Positions 19,600 to 30,147 of a stretch of DNA of 64,000 nucleotides are shown one piece after another. The notes below the pieces were generated by a model that saw only the letters and a program-made list of their open reading frames with translations, was not told the DNA's origin and ran no database searches. The first letter of the stretch is position 1. Every line of letters begins with the position of its first letter. This DNA comes from an uncultured Flavobacterium sp. (GTDB lineage: Bacteria > Bacteroidota > Bacteroidia > Flavobacteriales > Flavobacteriaceae), in the NCBI RefSeq assembly GCF_943913405.1, contig NZ_CALTYA010000002.1, positions 43,820-107,819 on the forward strand. The letters run 5' to 3'. Position numbers and translations under genes: made by a program.

Positions 19600-20265
19600 A
19601 TGCTAGATTTCGTATTACAGCCGAGGGATATTGGGAGCAAAGATTGGGCGACCGTTCTTTTCGTGCTCAGTTTTGTGCTGATTGCTGTAACGAGGGGCGT
19701 TTTTGAAAATCGCTTTGTTGATTTCTCAAGGTTGCTTTACAGCGACAAATATATCAAGATTTATCGCGACAGCGGCAACTTGATGAATTGGTTTACTATT
19801 GCGCTTTTTGTGGTTCAAGTCATTTCTTTTGCATTTTTTATTCAGTTATCTCTTAGTTTTTTCGGATTTATTGAAAAAACCGACTGGATTTCTTATATAC
19901 AGATTGTAACGCTTTTAGGTATTTTCATACTTTCTAAATACTTGATTGAGAAGATAATAGCCACTTCTTTTAATATTGAAGAATTTAGCGAACAATTTAA
20001 TCTTCAAAAAGTAAGCTATAGAACTTATATCGGTTTGTGCATTTTACCGCTTAATATTATTCTGTTTTATAACGACACGCCAATAGATTTCTTAATATAT
20101 TTCACTATTGCTGTTATTTTGATAATTAATGCGCTGACATATCTTATTTCGTTGAAAATTTATCAAAATTTAATAATTGGCAAGTTGTTTTATTTTATTT
20201 TGTATCTTTGCGCACTTGAAATAGCACCCTATTATTTCATGTATTATTGGTTTACGAAAACGTAG
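19600..20265 (+). CDS. Multi-pass membrane protein (DUF4271-like)
   Basis: Hydrophobic ~6-TM profile. Conserved position upstream of a hemD-like gene. Confidence 0.5.
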   Translation: MLDFVLQPRDIGSKDWATVLFVLSFVLIAVTRGVFENRFVDFSRLLYSDKYIKIYRDSGNLMNWFTIALFVVQVISFAFFIQLSLSFFGFIEKTDWISYIQIVTLLGIFILSKYLIEKIIATSFNIEEFSEQFNLQKVSYRTYIGLCILPLNIILFYNDTPIDFLIYFTIAVILIINALTYLISLKIYQNLIIGKLFYFILYLCALEIAPYYFMYYWFTKT

Positions 20266-20284
20266 TAGAAAGAAAATATCAAAT

Positions 20285-21043
20285 ATGAAAGTGAAAACAA
20301 TTTTGGTATCGCAACCAGAGCCTAAAGTAGAAAATTCTCCCTATTTTGAGTTGCAACAAAAGCACAAAGTCAAGATTGATTTCAGGCCTTTTATCCACGT
20401 TGAAGGTGTGAGCGCAAAAGATGTGAGAGCCCAAAAAATCGACTTGAATAATTTTACCGCAATCATCTTAACGAGCAAGAATTCTGTGGATCATTTTTTC
20501 AGAGTTGCTGAAGAAATGAGATACAAGATTCCGGAAGACTTGAAATATTTCTGCCAGTCAGAAGCTGTTGCTTTTTACCTGCAAAAATATGTAGTTTACA
20601 GAAAACGCAAGATTTATGTTGGCCAAAAAGACTTTGCTGACTTGTCGCCTCTTATTAAAAAATACAAAGACGAAAAATTCCTTTTGCCTGCTTCAGATCA
20701 GTTAAATGCTGATGCACCGCAAACGCTGAACAATTTGAAAGTAAATTGGACAGAAGGTACTTTTTACAGAACCGTAATGAGCGATTTGTCAGATTTGGCC
20801 GATGTTTATTATGATGTTTTGGCTTTCTTCAGCCCAACAGGAATCAAATCTTTGTTCATGAATTTTCCTGATTTTGAACAGAACAATACTAGAATTGCAG
20901 TTTTTGGAAGCACGACTCAAAAAGAAGCTTTAGAGCACGGATTGAGAGTTGACATCATGGCACCTTCACCAGAAGCTCCGTCGATGACAATGGCTTTAGA
21001 AAAATACATTGCGAAAGCAAATAAAGAAGTAAAGGAAAAATAA
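20285..21043 (+). CDS. Uroporphyrinogen-III synthase-like protein
   Basis: Resembles the Bacteroidetes HemD family (…ILVSQPEP…FTAIILTSKNSV…). Assigned from memory of the family. Confidence 0.45.
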   Translation: MKVKTILVSQPEPKVENSPYFELQQKHKVKIDFRPFIHVEGVSAKDVRAQKIDLNNFTAIILTSKNSVDHFFRVAEEMRYKIPEDLKYFCQSEAVAFYLQKYVVYRKRKIYVGQKDFADLSPLIKKYKDEKFLLPASDQLNADAPQTLNNLKVNWTEGTFYRTVMSDLSDLADVYYDVLAFFSPTGIKSLFMNFPDFEQNNTRIAVFGSTTQKEALEHGLRVDIMAPSPEAPSMTMALEKYIAKANKEVKEK

Positions 21044-21061
21044 AACTTTACTTTTTAGAAA

Positions 21062-21098
21062 TAAAAAAATCCGATCATTAATACGATCGGATTTTTTA
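21062..21098. terminator. Bidirectional rho-independent terminator between convergent genes
   Basis: AATCCGATC…GATCGGATT stem with an A-run 5' and a T-run 3'. Confidence 0.6.
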
Positions 21099-21118
21099 TT
21101 GAATATAATTGAGTAAGG

Positions 21119-22747
21119 TTAGATAACTTGCGGCCCTGCTTTTACAAGATTTTTTCCTTCTTCATTCGTAGCATATTGTTCAAAATTAGCCACAAATAGT
21201 TTTCCTAAATCTTTTGCTTTTTTCTGCCATTCTAATTCGTCAGCATAGGTTTTTCTCGGATCAAGAATATCAGAATCAACTCCTTCCAAACTTGTTGGAA
21301 TTGCAAAATTAAAGATTGGTAAAGTTGTCGTTTCAGCGTTTTCTAAAGAACCGTCTAAAATTCTGTCGATGATTGCTCTTGTGTTTTTGATAGAAATTCT
21401 CTTTCCAGTTCCGTTCCAGCCTGTATTTACTATGTAAGCTGTCGCGTTATTCTGCTCCATTTTCTTTACCAATTCTTCTCCGTATTTCGTTGGATGTAAC
21501 GATAAAAATGCTTTCCCGAAACACGCTGAAAATGTCGGTTGCGGTTCAGTAACACCTCTTTCTGTTCCCGCTAATTTAGCCGTGAAACCCGAAAGGAAGT
21601 GATATTTAGTCTGCTCTGGAGTCAATTTTGCCACCGGAGGCATTACGCCAAAAGCATCTGCCGTAAGGAAAATTACCTTTGAAGCATGGCCCGCTTTTGA
21701 AACCGGTTTCACGATATTGTCAATATGATAAATAGGATATGAAACTCTCGTGTTTTGAGTCACAGAACCATCTTTGAAATCAATATTCCCGTTTTCGTCA
21801 AGCGTAACATTTTCTAACAATGCATCTTTTCTGATGGCATTATAAATATCCGGCTCGTTTTCTTTGCTCAAGTCGATCGTTTTAGCATAACAACCTCCTT
21901 CGAAGTTGAACACGCCTTCATTATCCCAGCCATGTTCATCATCACCGATCAATTCACGTTTTGGATCTGTAGACAAAGTTGTTTTTCCTGTTCCAGATAA
22001 TCCGAAGAAAACGGCAACATCGCCATCTTTTCCTTTATTTGCCGAACAGTGCATCGATGCGATTCCTTGCAATGGCAAATAATAATTCATCATCGAAAAC
22101 AATCCTTTTTTCATTTCGCCACCATACCAAGTTCCCCCAATAATCTGGATTTTCTCCGTAAGGTTGAAAGCAATATACACTTCAGAATTTAATCCGTGTG
22201 CTTTATAATCTGTGAATTCTGTCTTCGAAGCATTCATGACTACGAAATCAGGCTCGCCATAATTTTCTAATTCTTCTTCCGTCGGGCGAATGAACATATT
22301 TTTCACGAAATGTGCCTGCCAAGCCACTTCCATAATAAAACGAACTTTTAATCTAGTATTTTCATTAGCACCACAAAAAGCATCAACCACAAACAATTTT
22401 TTGTTTGATAATTGCTTAACTGTAGTTTCTTTAAGCGCATTCCAAGTATCTTTTAAAATTGGCTTGTTGTCATTTACCGCTTTTGGCGAAGTCCACCAAA
22501 TCGTATCTTTTGTCACGTCATCTTCAACAATATATTTGTCTTTTGGAGAACGACCGGTAAAATCTCCAGTCATTACATTTACGGCTCCAAGCTCTGACAA
22601 TTGTCCTTTTTCGAAACCTTTTAAAGAGGCGTTTAATTCTTCATCATACAATAAATCATAAGACGGATTGTAGATTACTTCTTCGGCGTTTTTGATTCCA
22701 TATTTTTCTAACGCAATCGTTTTCGTAAATTGAGCGTAATTATCCAT
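21119..22747 (-). CDS. pckA: Phosphoenolpyruvate carboxykinase (ATP)
   Basis: Kinase-1a loop [11 protein letters not shown] and full-length similarity to ATP-dependent PEPCK. Confidence 0.9.
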   Translation of the reverse strand: MDNYAQFTKTIALEKYGIKNAEEVIYNPSYDLLYDEELNASLKGFEKGQLSELGAVNVMTGDFTGRSPKDKYIVEDDVTKDTIWWTSPKAVNDNKPILKDTWNALKETTVKQLSNKKLFVVDAFCGANENTRLKVRFIMEVAWQAHFVKNMFIRPTEEELENYGEPDFVVMNASKTEFTDYKAHGLNSEVYIAFNLTEKIQIIGGTWYGGEMKKGLFSMMNYYLPLQGIASMHCSANKGKDGDVAVFFGLSGTGKTTLSTDPKRELIGDDEHGWDNEGVFNFEGGCYAKTIDLSKENEPDIYNAIRKDALLENVTLDENGNIDFKDGSVTQNTRVSYPIYHIDNIVKPVSKAGHASKVIFLTADAFGVMPPVAKLTPEQTKYHFLSGFTAKLAGTERGVTEPQPTFSACFGKAFLSLHPTKYGEELVKKMEQNNATAYIVNTGWNGTGKRISIKNTRAIIDRILDGSLENAETTTLPIFNFAIPTSLEGVDSDILDPRKTYADELEWQKKAKDLGKLFVANFEQYATNEEGKNLVKAGPQVI

Positions 22748-22825
22748 AGAATTATTATTAAGTTGTGTTTAATTATTCCGCAAAAGTAGAAAATAATTTT
22801 ATAAAAAAATTAATTTGGCAAAAAT

Positions 22826-23212
22826 TTATCCCTTATTCTTAAGAATATTCAAAAAAAGCATTCCCCAAGCACAAATCATTAGCAATCCTCCAATTGGAGT
22901 TACGATGCCAATTGCACGAATATCTACTCCTGTAATGCTTTTTGTAGCCAAAAAATAGATCGATCCTGAAAAAAGAACAACTCCTGATAAAACCAAATAA
23001 TAGATGCTTTTTTTAGCCTTTTCAGACACGTAAGAAGTGCTTCCGATGAAAAGCAAAAAGATGGCATGATACATTTGGTAGCGAACGCCGGTTTCAAAAG
23101 AAGTCAATTGGTTTGCGTCTAAAACTTCCTTTAAAGCGTGTGCTCCAAAAGCGCCTAAAATGATAGCGATAAATCCTAAAACAGCTCCTGTTGCAATTAT
23201 TTTTTTGTCCAT
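22826..23212 (-). CDS. DUF423 family membrane protein
   Basis: MDKKIIATGAVLGF…GAHAL…; small 4-TM protein. Start placed at the internal ATG (MDKK). Confidence 0.55.
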   Translation of the reverse strand: MDKKIIATGAVLGFIAIILGAFGAHALKEVLDANQLTSFETGVRYQMYHAIFLLFIGSTSYVSEKAKKSIYYLVLSGVVLFSGSIYFLATKSITGVDIRAIGIVTPIGGLLMICAWGMLFLNILKNKG

Positions 23213-23336
23213 GATTGTAAATTTATAGTACAAATTTAGCGCTTCTGAAAAACTTTATGATAATCAAAGTCGATTAAATTTTTTTAAATATAACAAATAC
23301 TTACTTTTGTTTTATATTCAACAAATTGCGGTTTTC

Positions 23337-24707
23337 ATGAGACATATCTTAATAATTGGCGCCGGAAGGTCAGCTTCTTCACTAATTCAATATCTTCTGA
23401 ATAAATCAGAGGAAGAAAATCTTCATCTAACAATCGGCGACTTATCGTTAGAATTGGCACAGAAAAAAACCAAAAACCATAAAAATGCAACGGCAATTGC
23501 GTTCGACGTTTATGATCCTGAGCAGAGAAAAGTTGAAATCCAGAAAGCGGATATCGTTATTTCAATGTTGCCTGCTTTTATGCACATTGAAGTAGCGAAA
23601 GATTGCATCGTCTATAAAAAACACATGGTTACCGCGTCTTACATCAGCGACGCCATGCAAAGTTTAGACGAAGAAGCAAAAGCGAATAATCTAGTTTTCA
23701 TGAACGAAATCGGGCTGGATCCGGGCATCGACCACATGAGCGCCATGAAAGTCATTGATGAAATTCGTGACAAAGGCGGGAAGATTATCCTGTTCGAATC
23801 TTTTTGTGGCGGCCTTGTGGCTCCAGAAGCTGACAATAATTTATGGAATTATAAATTTACTTGGAATCCGAGGAATGTAGTTTTGGCCGGCCAAGGCGGT
23901 GCTGCAAAATTCATCCAGGAAGGCACTTACAAATACATCCCTTACAACAAATTATTCCGCAGAACAGAGTTTATGGAAGTCGAAGGCTATGGCCGTTTTG
24001 AAGGTTATGCTAACCGAGATTCCTTGAAATACCGCTCTGTTTACGGTCTTGATGATGCGCTTACTTTATATAGAGGTACGATTCGCCGTGTCGGTTTTTC
24101 AAAAGCCTGGAACATGTTCGTGACTTTAGGCATGACTGATGATTCTTACACAATGGAAGATTCTGAAAACATGACGTATCGTGAATTCACCAACTCTTTC
24201 TTGCCGTATCATCCGACGGATTCTGTAGAAATTAAATTGCGCTTAAGTCTTAAAATTGATCAAGACGATATTAAATGGGACAAACTTTTAGAGCTGGATT
24301 TATTTAATTCAAAGAAAATCGTAGGCTTGAAAAACGCAACTCCTGCACAAATTCTAGAGAAAATTTTATCAGAAAGCTGGAGCCTGGAAGAACATGACAA
24401 AGACATGATCGTCATGTACCACAAGTTTGGCTATGAAATCAACGGCCAAGAAAAACAGATCGACTCAAAAATGGTCTGCATCGGCGACGACCAGACGTAT
24501 ACTGCGATGGCAAAAACCGTGGGACTTCCTGTGGCGATGGCAACTTTGCAGATTTTGAATGGAAATATCACGACTCCGGGCGTACAACTTCCTATTAATA
24601 AGGAGGTTTATTTGCCGATTTTAAAAGAATTGGAGGAATATGGAGTAATTTTTAATGAAAAGGAAGTTCCTTATATGGGCTATAATCCAAAGAGCGTTTC
24701 TAGCTAG
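23337..24707 (+). CDS. Saccharopine dehydrogenase family NAD(P)-binding oxidoreductase
   Basis: MRHILIIGAGRSASSL… Rossmann N-terminus. The length matches saccharopine dehydrogenase-like proteins. Confidence 0.65.
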   Translation: MRHILIIGAGRSASSLIQYLLNKSEEENLHLTIGDLSLELAQKKTKNHKNATAIAFDVYDPEQRKVEIQKADIVISMLPAFMHIEVAKDCIVYKKHMVTASYISDAMQSLDEEAKANNLVFMNEIGLDPGIDHMSAMKVIDEIRDKGGKIILFESFCGGLVAPEADNNLWNYKFTWNPRNVVLAGQGGAAKFIQEGTYKYIPYNKLFRRTEFMEVEGYGRFEGYANRDSLKYRSVYGLDDALTLYRGTIRRVGFSKAWNMFVTLGMTDDSYTMEDSENMTYREFTNSFLPYHPTDSVEIKLRLSLKIDQDDIKWDKLLELDLFNSKKIVGLKNATPAQILEKILSESWSLEEHDKDMIVMYHKFGYEINGQEKQIDSKMVCIGDDQTYTAMAKTVGLPVAMATLQILNGNITTPGVQLPINKEVYLPILKELEEYGVIFNEKEVPYMGYNPKSVSS

Positions 24708-24742
24708 CATAATTGCAAAGAACGAAGCAATAATATAAAGCA

Positions 24743-24779
24743 AAGGCTTATTTCCGAAAGAGATAAGCCTTTTTTTTTG
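24743..24779 (+). terminator. Rho-independent terminator
   Basis: AAGGCTTAT…ATAAGCCTT stem plus T9. Confidence 0.65.
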
Positions 24780-24904
24780 CTTAATCTTTACAGAGCTAAA
24801 TTAGGTGATGGCGCCCTTCGTCGCAATGACATACTAAAACAAAATTCTTATATTTGATTTACAATTAAAAGCATTATTTTCTTTTTACTATAAAATCAAA
24901 ACCC

Positions 24905-25375
24905 ATGAAAATAAATTCCCTTCAAATAGAAATCGACGGAATCGACAAAGAAATACTTAGAGACTTGATGGAAGATGCCCGAAAACCAATTTTGCAAATT
25001 GCCAACAAAATCGGAATCTCAGGCGCGGCAATCCATCAACGTTTAAGAAAACTAGAGCAGTCAGGCGTAATCTCAGGATCAAAATTCGTAGTCAACACAA
25101 AAGTTTTGGGATATAGCACGATGGCCTTCGTCGGAATTTATCTGGATAAAGCGGCACGTAATTCAGAAGCTGTCAGAGAACTGAAAAAAATTCCAGAAGT
25201 TTTGGAATGCCACTACACTACAGGAAACTGGTCGATTTTAATCAAGATTATCTGCCGCGATAACGAGCATCTGATGCAATTATTAAATACAAAAATCCAA
25301 GCGATCGAAGGCGTTTCAAGAACGGAAACTTTTATCTCTTTAGATACCCAGATTGAAAGACAGATTCAGGTGTAA
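24905..25375 (+). CDS. Lrp/AsnC family transcriptional regulator
   Basis: N-terminal HTH (…ILQIANKIGISGAAIHQRLRKLEQSGVI…) plus a C-terminal RAM-domain-length tail. Confidence 0.8.
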   Translation: MKINSLQIEIDGIDKEILRDLMEDARKPILQIANKIGISGAAIHQRLRKLEQSGVISGSKFVVNTKVLGYSTMAFVGIYLDKAARNSEAVRELKKIPEVLECHYTTGNWSILIKIICRDNEHLMQLLNTKIQAIEGVSRTETFISLDTQIERQIQV

Positions 25376-25474
25376 GGCTCGAAAAAGCAAAATTTACTAT
25401 CTAATTGTCTAAAGAAGTATTGTAAAGACTTCGGGAATAGTTACAAAAACCAAAAGTACAAGTGTAAAGGAACT

Positions 25475-25630
25475 ATGAAGGCTTTCAAAGCAGTAGCGAA
25501 GCTTTTTAAAGCTTTAATGAAGCGCTTTAATGACCTTTTGAAGGGCTTTAAAGGCTTGTTGAAGCGCTTTAAAGGTTTATTGAAGGCATGTTGTTCCGTT
25601 GCAAAAACCTTCGAAAGGACTTATCAATAA
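25475..25630 (+). CDS. Unannotated small ORF (51 aa) encoding a highly cationic heptad-repeat amphipathic peptide
   Basis: Translated by hand: ATG at 25475 to TAA at 25628-25630. Product MKAFKAVAKLFKALMKRFNDLLKGFKGLLKRFKGLLKACCSVAKTFERTYQ. It is built on 21-bp tandem DNA repeats. No terminator separates it from the upstream Lrp gene, and a hairpin terminator follows it. Confidence 0.3.
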   Translation: MKAFKAVAKLFKALMKRFNDLLKGFKGLLKRFKGLLKACCSVAKTFERTYQ

Positions 25631-25690
25631 AGACTTCGCTGTTTATCTACTTACTTCCCGCATCTTACATTTTTCCTTTTCTTAAAAATA

Positions 25691-25727
25691 AAAAAAATCC
25701 GTGCTTTACAACATGGATTTCCTTTTT
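25691..25727. terminator. Bidirectional terminator hairpin
   Basis: AATCCGTG-loop-CATGGATT (one G·U pair) flanked by an A-run and a T-run. It serves the + strand small ORF/Lrp unit and the - strand metallopeptidase gene. Confidence 0.5.
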
Positions 25728-25770
25728 ATAAACTTAGCACCTCAGCACCTAATTTCGGCAGCATCTATTT

Positions 25771-26469
25771 TTAATTTCTTCTTCCGCCAAAAACCTGCAT
25801 CGCCCAATAAAGAAGAGATGCGACAGCACCTAAAGCAGCCACCAAATAAGTTCTTGCCGCCCATTTCAAGGAATCTTCAGCACCTGCATATTCTTGCTGG
25901 GTCAGCATATTTTTATTTTTCAGCCAAGCCAACGCCCTGTTGCTTGCGTCATATTCCACCGGAAGCGTCACGACACTGAAAATCGTGGCAATCGTCATCA
26001 AAGCCAAACCAGCAACGGCTACATAAAACCCGGCACCAACTCCTGCAGCGGCTCCTAAAATCAAACCCCCAATAATCAGCCATTGTGAAATCGGCGCCGC
26101 AACATTCACCATCGGAACCATTTTAGATCGCATCGTCAGCCATTGATAAGCCTGCGCATGTTGCACGGCGTGCCCGACTTCGTGTGCGGCAACGGCTGCA
26201 GCTGCGGCATTTCTTTGGTTGTAAACAGCCTCGCTCAAGTTCACGGTTTTGTCTGACGGATTATAATGGTCGGTCAAACGGCCTGCGGTAGAAATAACTC
26301 TTACGCCTGAAATTCCGTGGTCTGCGAGCATTTTTTCTGCAATCTCGGCACCGCTCATTCCGTTGCGGAGATGTACTTTTGAGTAATATTCAAATTTGCT
26401 TTGGAGCTTTGCACTGACTGCCCAGCTTACTAAAGCGATAATTCCGAGTAAAATATAATATCCTAACAT
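25771..26469 (-). CDS. Membrane-anchored neutral zinc metallopeptidase (YpfJ-like family)
   Basis: N-terminal TM segment, HExxH motif in …AAHEVGHAVQHAQAY…, C-terminal TM segments. Confidence 0.65.
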   Translation of the reverse strand: MLGYYILLGIIALVSWAVSAKLQSKFEYYSKVHLRNGMSGAEIAEKMLADHGISGVRVISTAGRLTDHYNPSDKTVNLSEAVYNQRNAAAAAVAAHEVGHAVQHAQAYQWLTMRSKMVPMVNVAAPISQWLIIGGLILGAAAGVGAGFYVAVAGLALMTIATIFSVVTLPVEYDASNRALAWLKNKNMLTQQEYAGAEDSLKWAARTYLVAALGAVASLLYWAMQVFGGRRN

Positions 26470-26881
26470 AGTTTTTGATTTTAAAGATTTGATGATTTAA
26501 GAATTTGGAGATTCTTTGTGTTTTAAAAAGCAAGAACCTCGCCAATTTACAGCAGTTTAGGCTATTCTGAAAGTTTGTCAGTGCTAAATTTTTCTTAAAG
26601 ATGAAACACTATAAAACAAAAAACCTCGCTGATTAGACGAGGTTTAGGGCATTTCTGTAACCATTCTTTGATTGAGGCTGTTTTTGTTCGGATAAATGGC
26701 TTTCAAATAATGTGCCAAAATTCTGAATAAATATCTTAACGTATACTTTTTAGTTTTGGTATACGAAAAAGCTACCAATTCATGAATCTTTTTAAAACTC
26801 TTGAATTCATAGCTTTTTCTTTGTGTTCCCTCGACTGCGCTCGGGATGGCAAGTATATTGCCGTTATGAAATCTTAAATTA

Positions 26882-29800
26882 TTATCCCACCAAGTTGATA
26901 ATTTTTCCAGGAACGATGATTACTTTTTTAGGAGTTGCTCCGTCTAATTGTTTGATGGTTCTTTCGTCTTTCATCACGATTTCTTCAATTTGCGCAACCG
27001 TTAAATCTAACGGAAGATTCATCGTAAAACGCATTTTTCCGTTGAAAGAAACTGGGTATTCTTTGTTGCTTTCCACCAAATATTCTGGATTGAATCTTGG
27101 GAAAGGAACTCTTGAAATGCTTTCCGTATGCCCTAATTTTTCCCACAATTCTTCAGCGATATGAGGCGCATACGGAGAAATTAAAATGGCCAACGGTTCT
27201 AAAATCGAACGTTCGTGGCAGTTTTGCGCGGTCAATTCATTCACGGCAATCATAAAAGAACTTACCGAAGTATTGAAAGAGAAATTCTCGATATCTTCTT
27301 GTACTTTTTTAATTGTTTTGTGCAAAGTTTTCAAGGCTTCTGGCGTCGCAGGACTGGAATTTACAATCAAACCTGATTCGTCAAAATACAATCTCCATAG
27401 TTTTTTCAAGAATCCGAAAACACCTGTAATTCCAGCAGTGTTCCATGGTTTTGCTTGCTCTAACGGACCAAGGAACATTTCATATAAACGCAAAGTGTCG
27501 GCTCCGTATTCTTCGCAGATGTCGTCTGGAGTTACTACATTGTATTTTGATTTTGACATCTTACCAACCTCACTTTCAGTAAAATATTTGATATCATCAA
27601 TATTTTTTACTTCACCATTGAAATTATAAAATTTTCTATCGCTCAATTTGTAAAATCCATCTTTTGAGACAAAAACTGGGTTCTTAAATTTTTGCCATTT
27701 ACAAAAGCTTAATATCCCCTCTTCATTTAAATATGATGGTCTATCAGTTGAAGTATAGTCAGAAACAAATTCAATTGGGACTGGCAAAGGATCAATTTCA
27801 CTTAAATCTTTATTTTCTAAAATAATTTCTTTGCAATCATTACCAAAAATAATATCTCCTAGTTCTTCAGTATCGTTATATAGAGCAATATTTCTCTTAT
27901 TGACCCAAATCTGGCTTGAGGAAATTCTCGATTTTAATGCCTTTTCTATAATCCCCAAAATCATCCCCTGATTAATCAATTTCTTAAACGGTTCTTCCTG
28001 ATTGACAAAACCTCTATCCTTCAAAAATTTGTTCCAAAAACGAGAATATAGCAAGTGGCCTGTGGCGTGCTCACTTCCTCCTATATATAAATCGACATTC
28101 TGCCAATAGTTTTGTGCTTCTTCCGAAACAAATTCGTCATTGTTGTGCGCATCCATATAACGCAACCAATACCACGAACTTCCTGCCCAACCTGGCATTG
28201 TGTTTAATTCCAAAGGAAAAATAGTGACGTTGTCAATCAACTCATTACTCACTACTTTATTCTCCACACTATTCCAAGCCCACTCTGTTGCGTTTCCTAA
28301 AGGCGGTTGTCCGTCTTCGGTTGGCAAATATTTCTCTACTTCCGGAAGGCGAATTGGCAAATGCTGTGTTTCGATCATCTGTGGCAATCCGTTAACATAA
28401 TAAACAGGGAAAGGCTCGCCCCAATATCTTTGGCGGGAGAAAACGGCATCGCGCAAACGGTAATTTGTTTTTCCTTTTCCTTGGCCTAATTCTTCTAAAG
28501 CCTCAATGGCTTTTTTGGTGGCTTCTTTGTAATTCAATCCGTTTAAGAAATCCGAATTATCAATCACCACATTGTCTTTTGAACCGTAAGCTTCTTCTGA
28601 AATATCTACGTTTTCAAAAATATTTTTAATTTCAATATCAAAGTGTTTTGCAAAAGCATAATCGCGTTCGTCGCCGCAAGGAACAGCCATCACGGCTCCG
28701 GTTCCGTAACCTGCCAGAACGTAATCGCCAATCCAAACCGGAATCGCTTCTTTGGTAAAAGGATGTTCTGCAAACGCACCTGTGAAAACTCCCGAAATGG
28801 TTTTTACATCGGCCATTCTTTCGCGTTCGCTGCGTTTTGCAGTCGCTTCCACGTAAGCATCAACGGCTTGTTTTTGCTCTGGAGTTGTGATTTTTGAAAC
28901 CAAATCGTGTTCTGGCGCCAAAGTCATAAACGTTACTCCGAAAATTGTGTCAGGTCTTGTCGTAAAAACTTCGATTACGTGTTCGTTGGTTTCGTCGCCG
29001 CTTAAAATATAATCGACAGCATTTCTTTCGAATTCAGAATCTTTCACTTTAAAAGTTACCGAAGCTCCGACTGATTTTCCAATCCAGTTTCTTTGGCTTT
29101 CTTTCAAAGATTCTGTCCAATCAATCGTGTCCAGACCTTGAAGCAAACGTTCAGCATACGCAGAAATTCGCATGCTCCATTGCGTCATTTTCTTGCGGAT
29201 TACGGGATGTCCGCCACGTTCTGAAACACCGTTTATGATTTCGTCGTTTGCCAAAACCGTTCCCAATGCCGGACACCAGTTTACTTCGGTTTCAGCAAGG
29301 AAAGTCAATCTGTATTTTAGTAGAATTCTTTCTTGTTCTTCTTTTGAATAGGATTTCCAATCTTCCGCAGAGAAAACAGGAATATTATCATCAGAAACTG
29401 CGTTTACTTTAGCGTTTCCGTTTTCTTCAAAATCCATTACCAAAGTCTTGATATCGCGAGCTTCATTGGCATCGTTATCGTACCAAGAATTGAACAATTG
29501 GATGAAAATCCACTGCGTCCATTTGTAATAATCAGCGTTTGAAGTACGAACTTCTCTACTCCAATCGAATGAAAAACCGATTTTGTCTAATTGTTCTCTA
29601 TAACGAGCGATGTTTTCCTTCGTAGTTTTATCAGGATGCTGGCCCGTTTGAATCGCATATTGTTCCGCCGGAAGTCCGAAACTGTCGTAGCCTTGCGGAT
29701 GCAAAACGTTGAAACCTTGGTGGCGTTTGAATCGCGCATAGATGTCAGAAGCGATGTAACCCAGCGGATGCCCAACGTGCAAGCCTGCTCCGGATGGATA

Positions 29801-29920
29801 AGGAAACATATCCAAAACATAATATTTTGGTTTTTCTGAATTATTTTCTGCAGCAAAAGTTTGGTTTTCGGCCCAATATTTTTGCCAGTTTCTTTCTATC
29901 TCGTTAGGATTGTATTTCAT
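26882..29920 (-). CDS. leuS: Leucine--tRNA ligase
   Basis: HIGH-class motif (…PYPSGAGLHVGHPLGY…), KMSKS (GKMSKSKYN), and class-I LeuRS editing/anticodon-binding domain order. Confidence 0.9.
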   Translation of the reverse strand: MKYNPNEIERNWQKYWAENQTFAAENNSEKPKYYVLDMFPYPSGAGLHVGHPLGYIASDIYARFKRHQGFNVLHPQGYDSFGLPAEQYAIQTGQHPDKTTKENIARYREQLDKIGFSFDWSREVRTSNADYYKWTQWIFIQLFNSWYDNDANEARDIKTLVMDFEENGNAKVNAVSDDNIPVFSAEDWKSYSKEEQERILLKYRLTFLAETEVNWCPALGTVLANDEIINGVSERGGHPVIRKKMTQWSMRISAYAERLLQGLDTIDWTESLKESQRNWIGKSVGASVTFKVKDSEFERNAVDYILSGDETNEHVIEVFTTRPDTIFGVTFMTLAPEHDLVSKITTPEQKQAVDAYVEATAKRSERERMADVKTISGVFTGAFAEHPFTKEAIPVWIGDYVLAGYGTGAVMAVPCGDERDYAFAKHFDIEIKNIFENVDISEEAYGSKDNVVIDNSDFLNGLNYKEATKKAIEALEELGQGKGKTNYRLRDAVFSRQRYWGEPFPVYYVNGLPQMIETQHLPIRLPEVEKYLPTEDGQPPLGNATEWAWNSVENKVVSNELIDNVTIFPLELNTMPGWAGSSWYWLRYMDAHNNDEFVSEEAQNYWQNVDLYIGGSEHATGHLLYSRFWNKFLKDRGFVNQEEPFKKLINQGMILGIIEKALKSRISSSQIWVNKRNIALYNDTEELGDIIFGNDCKEIILENKDLSEIDPLPVPIEFVSDYTSTDRPSYLNEEGILSFCKWQKFKNPVFVSKDGFYKLSDRKFYNFNGEVKNIDDIKYFTESEVGKMSKSKYNVVTPDDICEEYGADTLRLYEMFLGPLEQAKPWNTAGITGVFGFLKKLWRLYFDESGLIVNSSPATPEALKTLHKTIKKVQEDIENFSFNTSVSSFMIAVNELTAQNCHERSILEPLAILISPYAPHIAEELWEKLGHTESISRVPFPRFNPEYLVESNKEYPVSFNGKMRFTMNLPLDLTVAQIEEIVMKDERTIKQLDGATPKKVIIVPGKIINLVG

Positions 29921-30147
29921 TTCTTTTTTGGTTCAAGGTTTTGGGTTCAGGATTTTAGGCTGAACGTTCATGTCGTTGTGTTTTATTCGGGTTATGATGG
30001 CGCCCGTTTCTCGAAATGGCTTTCCATACAAAAAAAATCAATTCGAAGTCGCAAATTTACGTTTATTGTACGAAAGTCAAAACTTTGAGCGTTATAAACT
30101 GTGTTTAAAGAAATTCTTTATTATTTTTACGGCTTAAATTAAAATCT

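Noticed and set aside
25499-25590. Tandem 21-bp repeats considered as a possible CRISPR-like or VNTR array
   Set aside because: The repeats are contiguous with no spacers, only ~3.5 copies, and exactly in phase with an ORF's heptads. They are better explained as a coding repeat (see the small-ORF finding). No CRISPR arrays anywhere in the window.
26823-27629. Plus-strand ORFs 26823-27164 and 27186-27629 (and many other 60-130 aa ORFs antisense to long genes, e.g. 1119-1741, 2753-3373, 6774-7105, 28200-28897, 29587-29856, 60512-60944, 62830-63533)
   Set aside because: They lie entirely inside and antisense to well-supported long genes (leuS, T9SS proteins, dusB, L,D-transpeptidase). Their products are low-complexity or odd in composition.
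26882-29920. LeuRS unusually long (1012 aa) with a large insertion before KMSKS — considered as an inserted foreign domain
   Set aside because: A large insertion preceding the KMSKS loop is a known lineage feature of Bacteroidetes LeuRS. The reading frame is continuous and all class-I motifs are intact.
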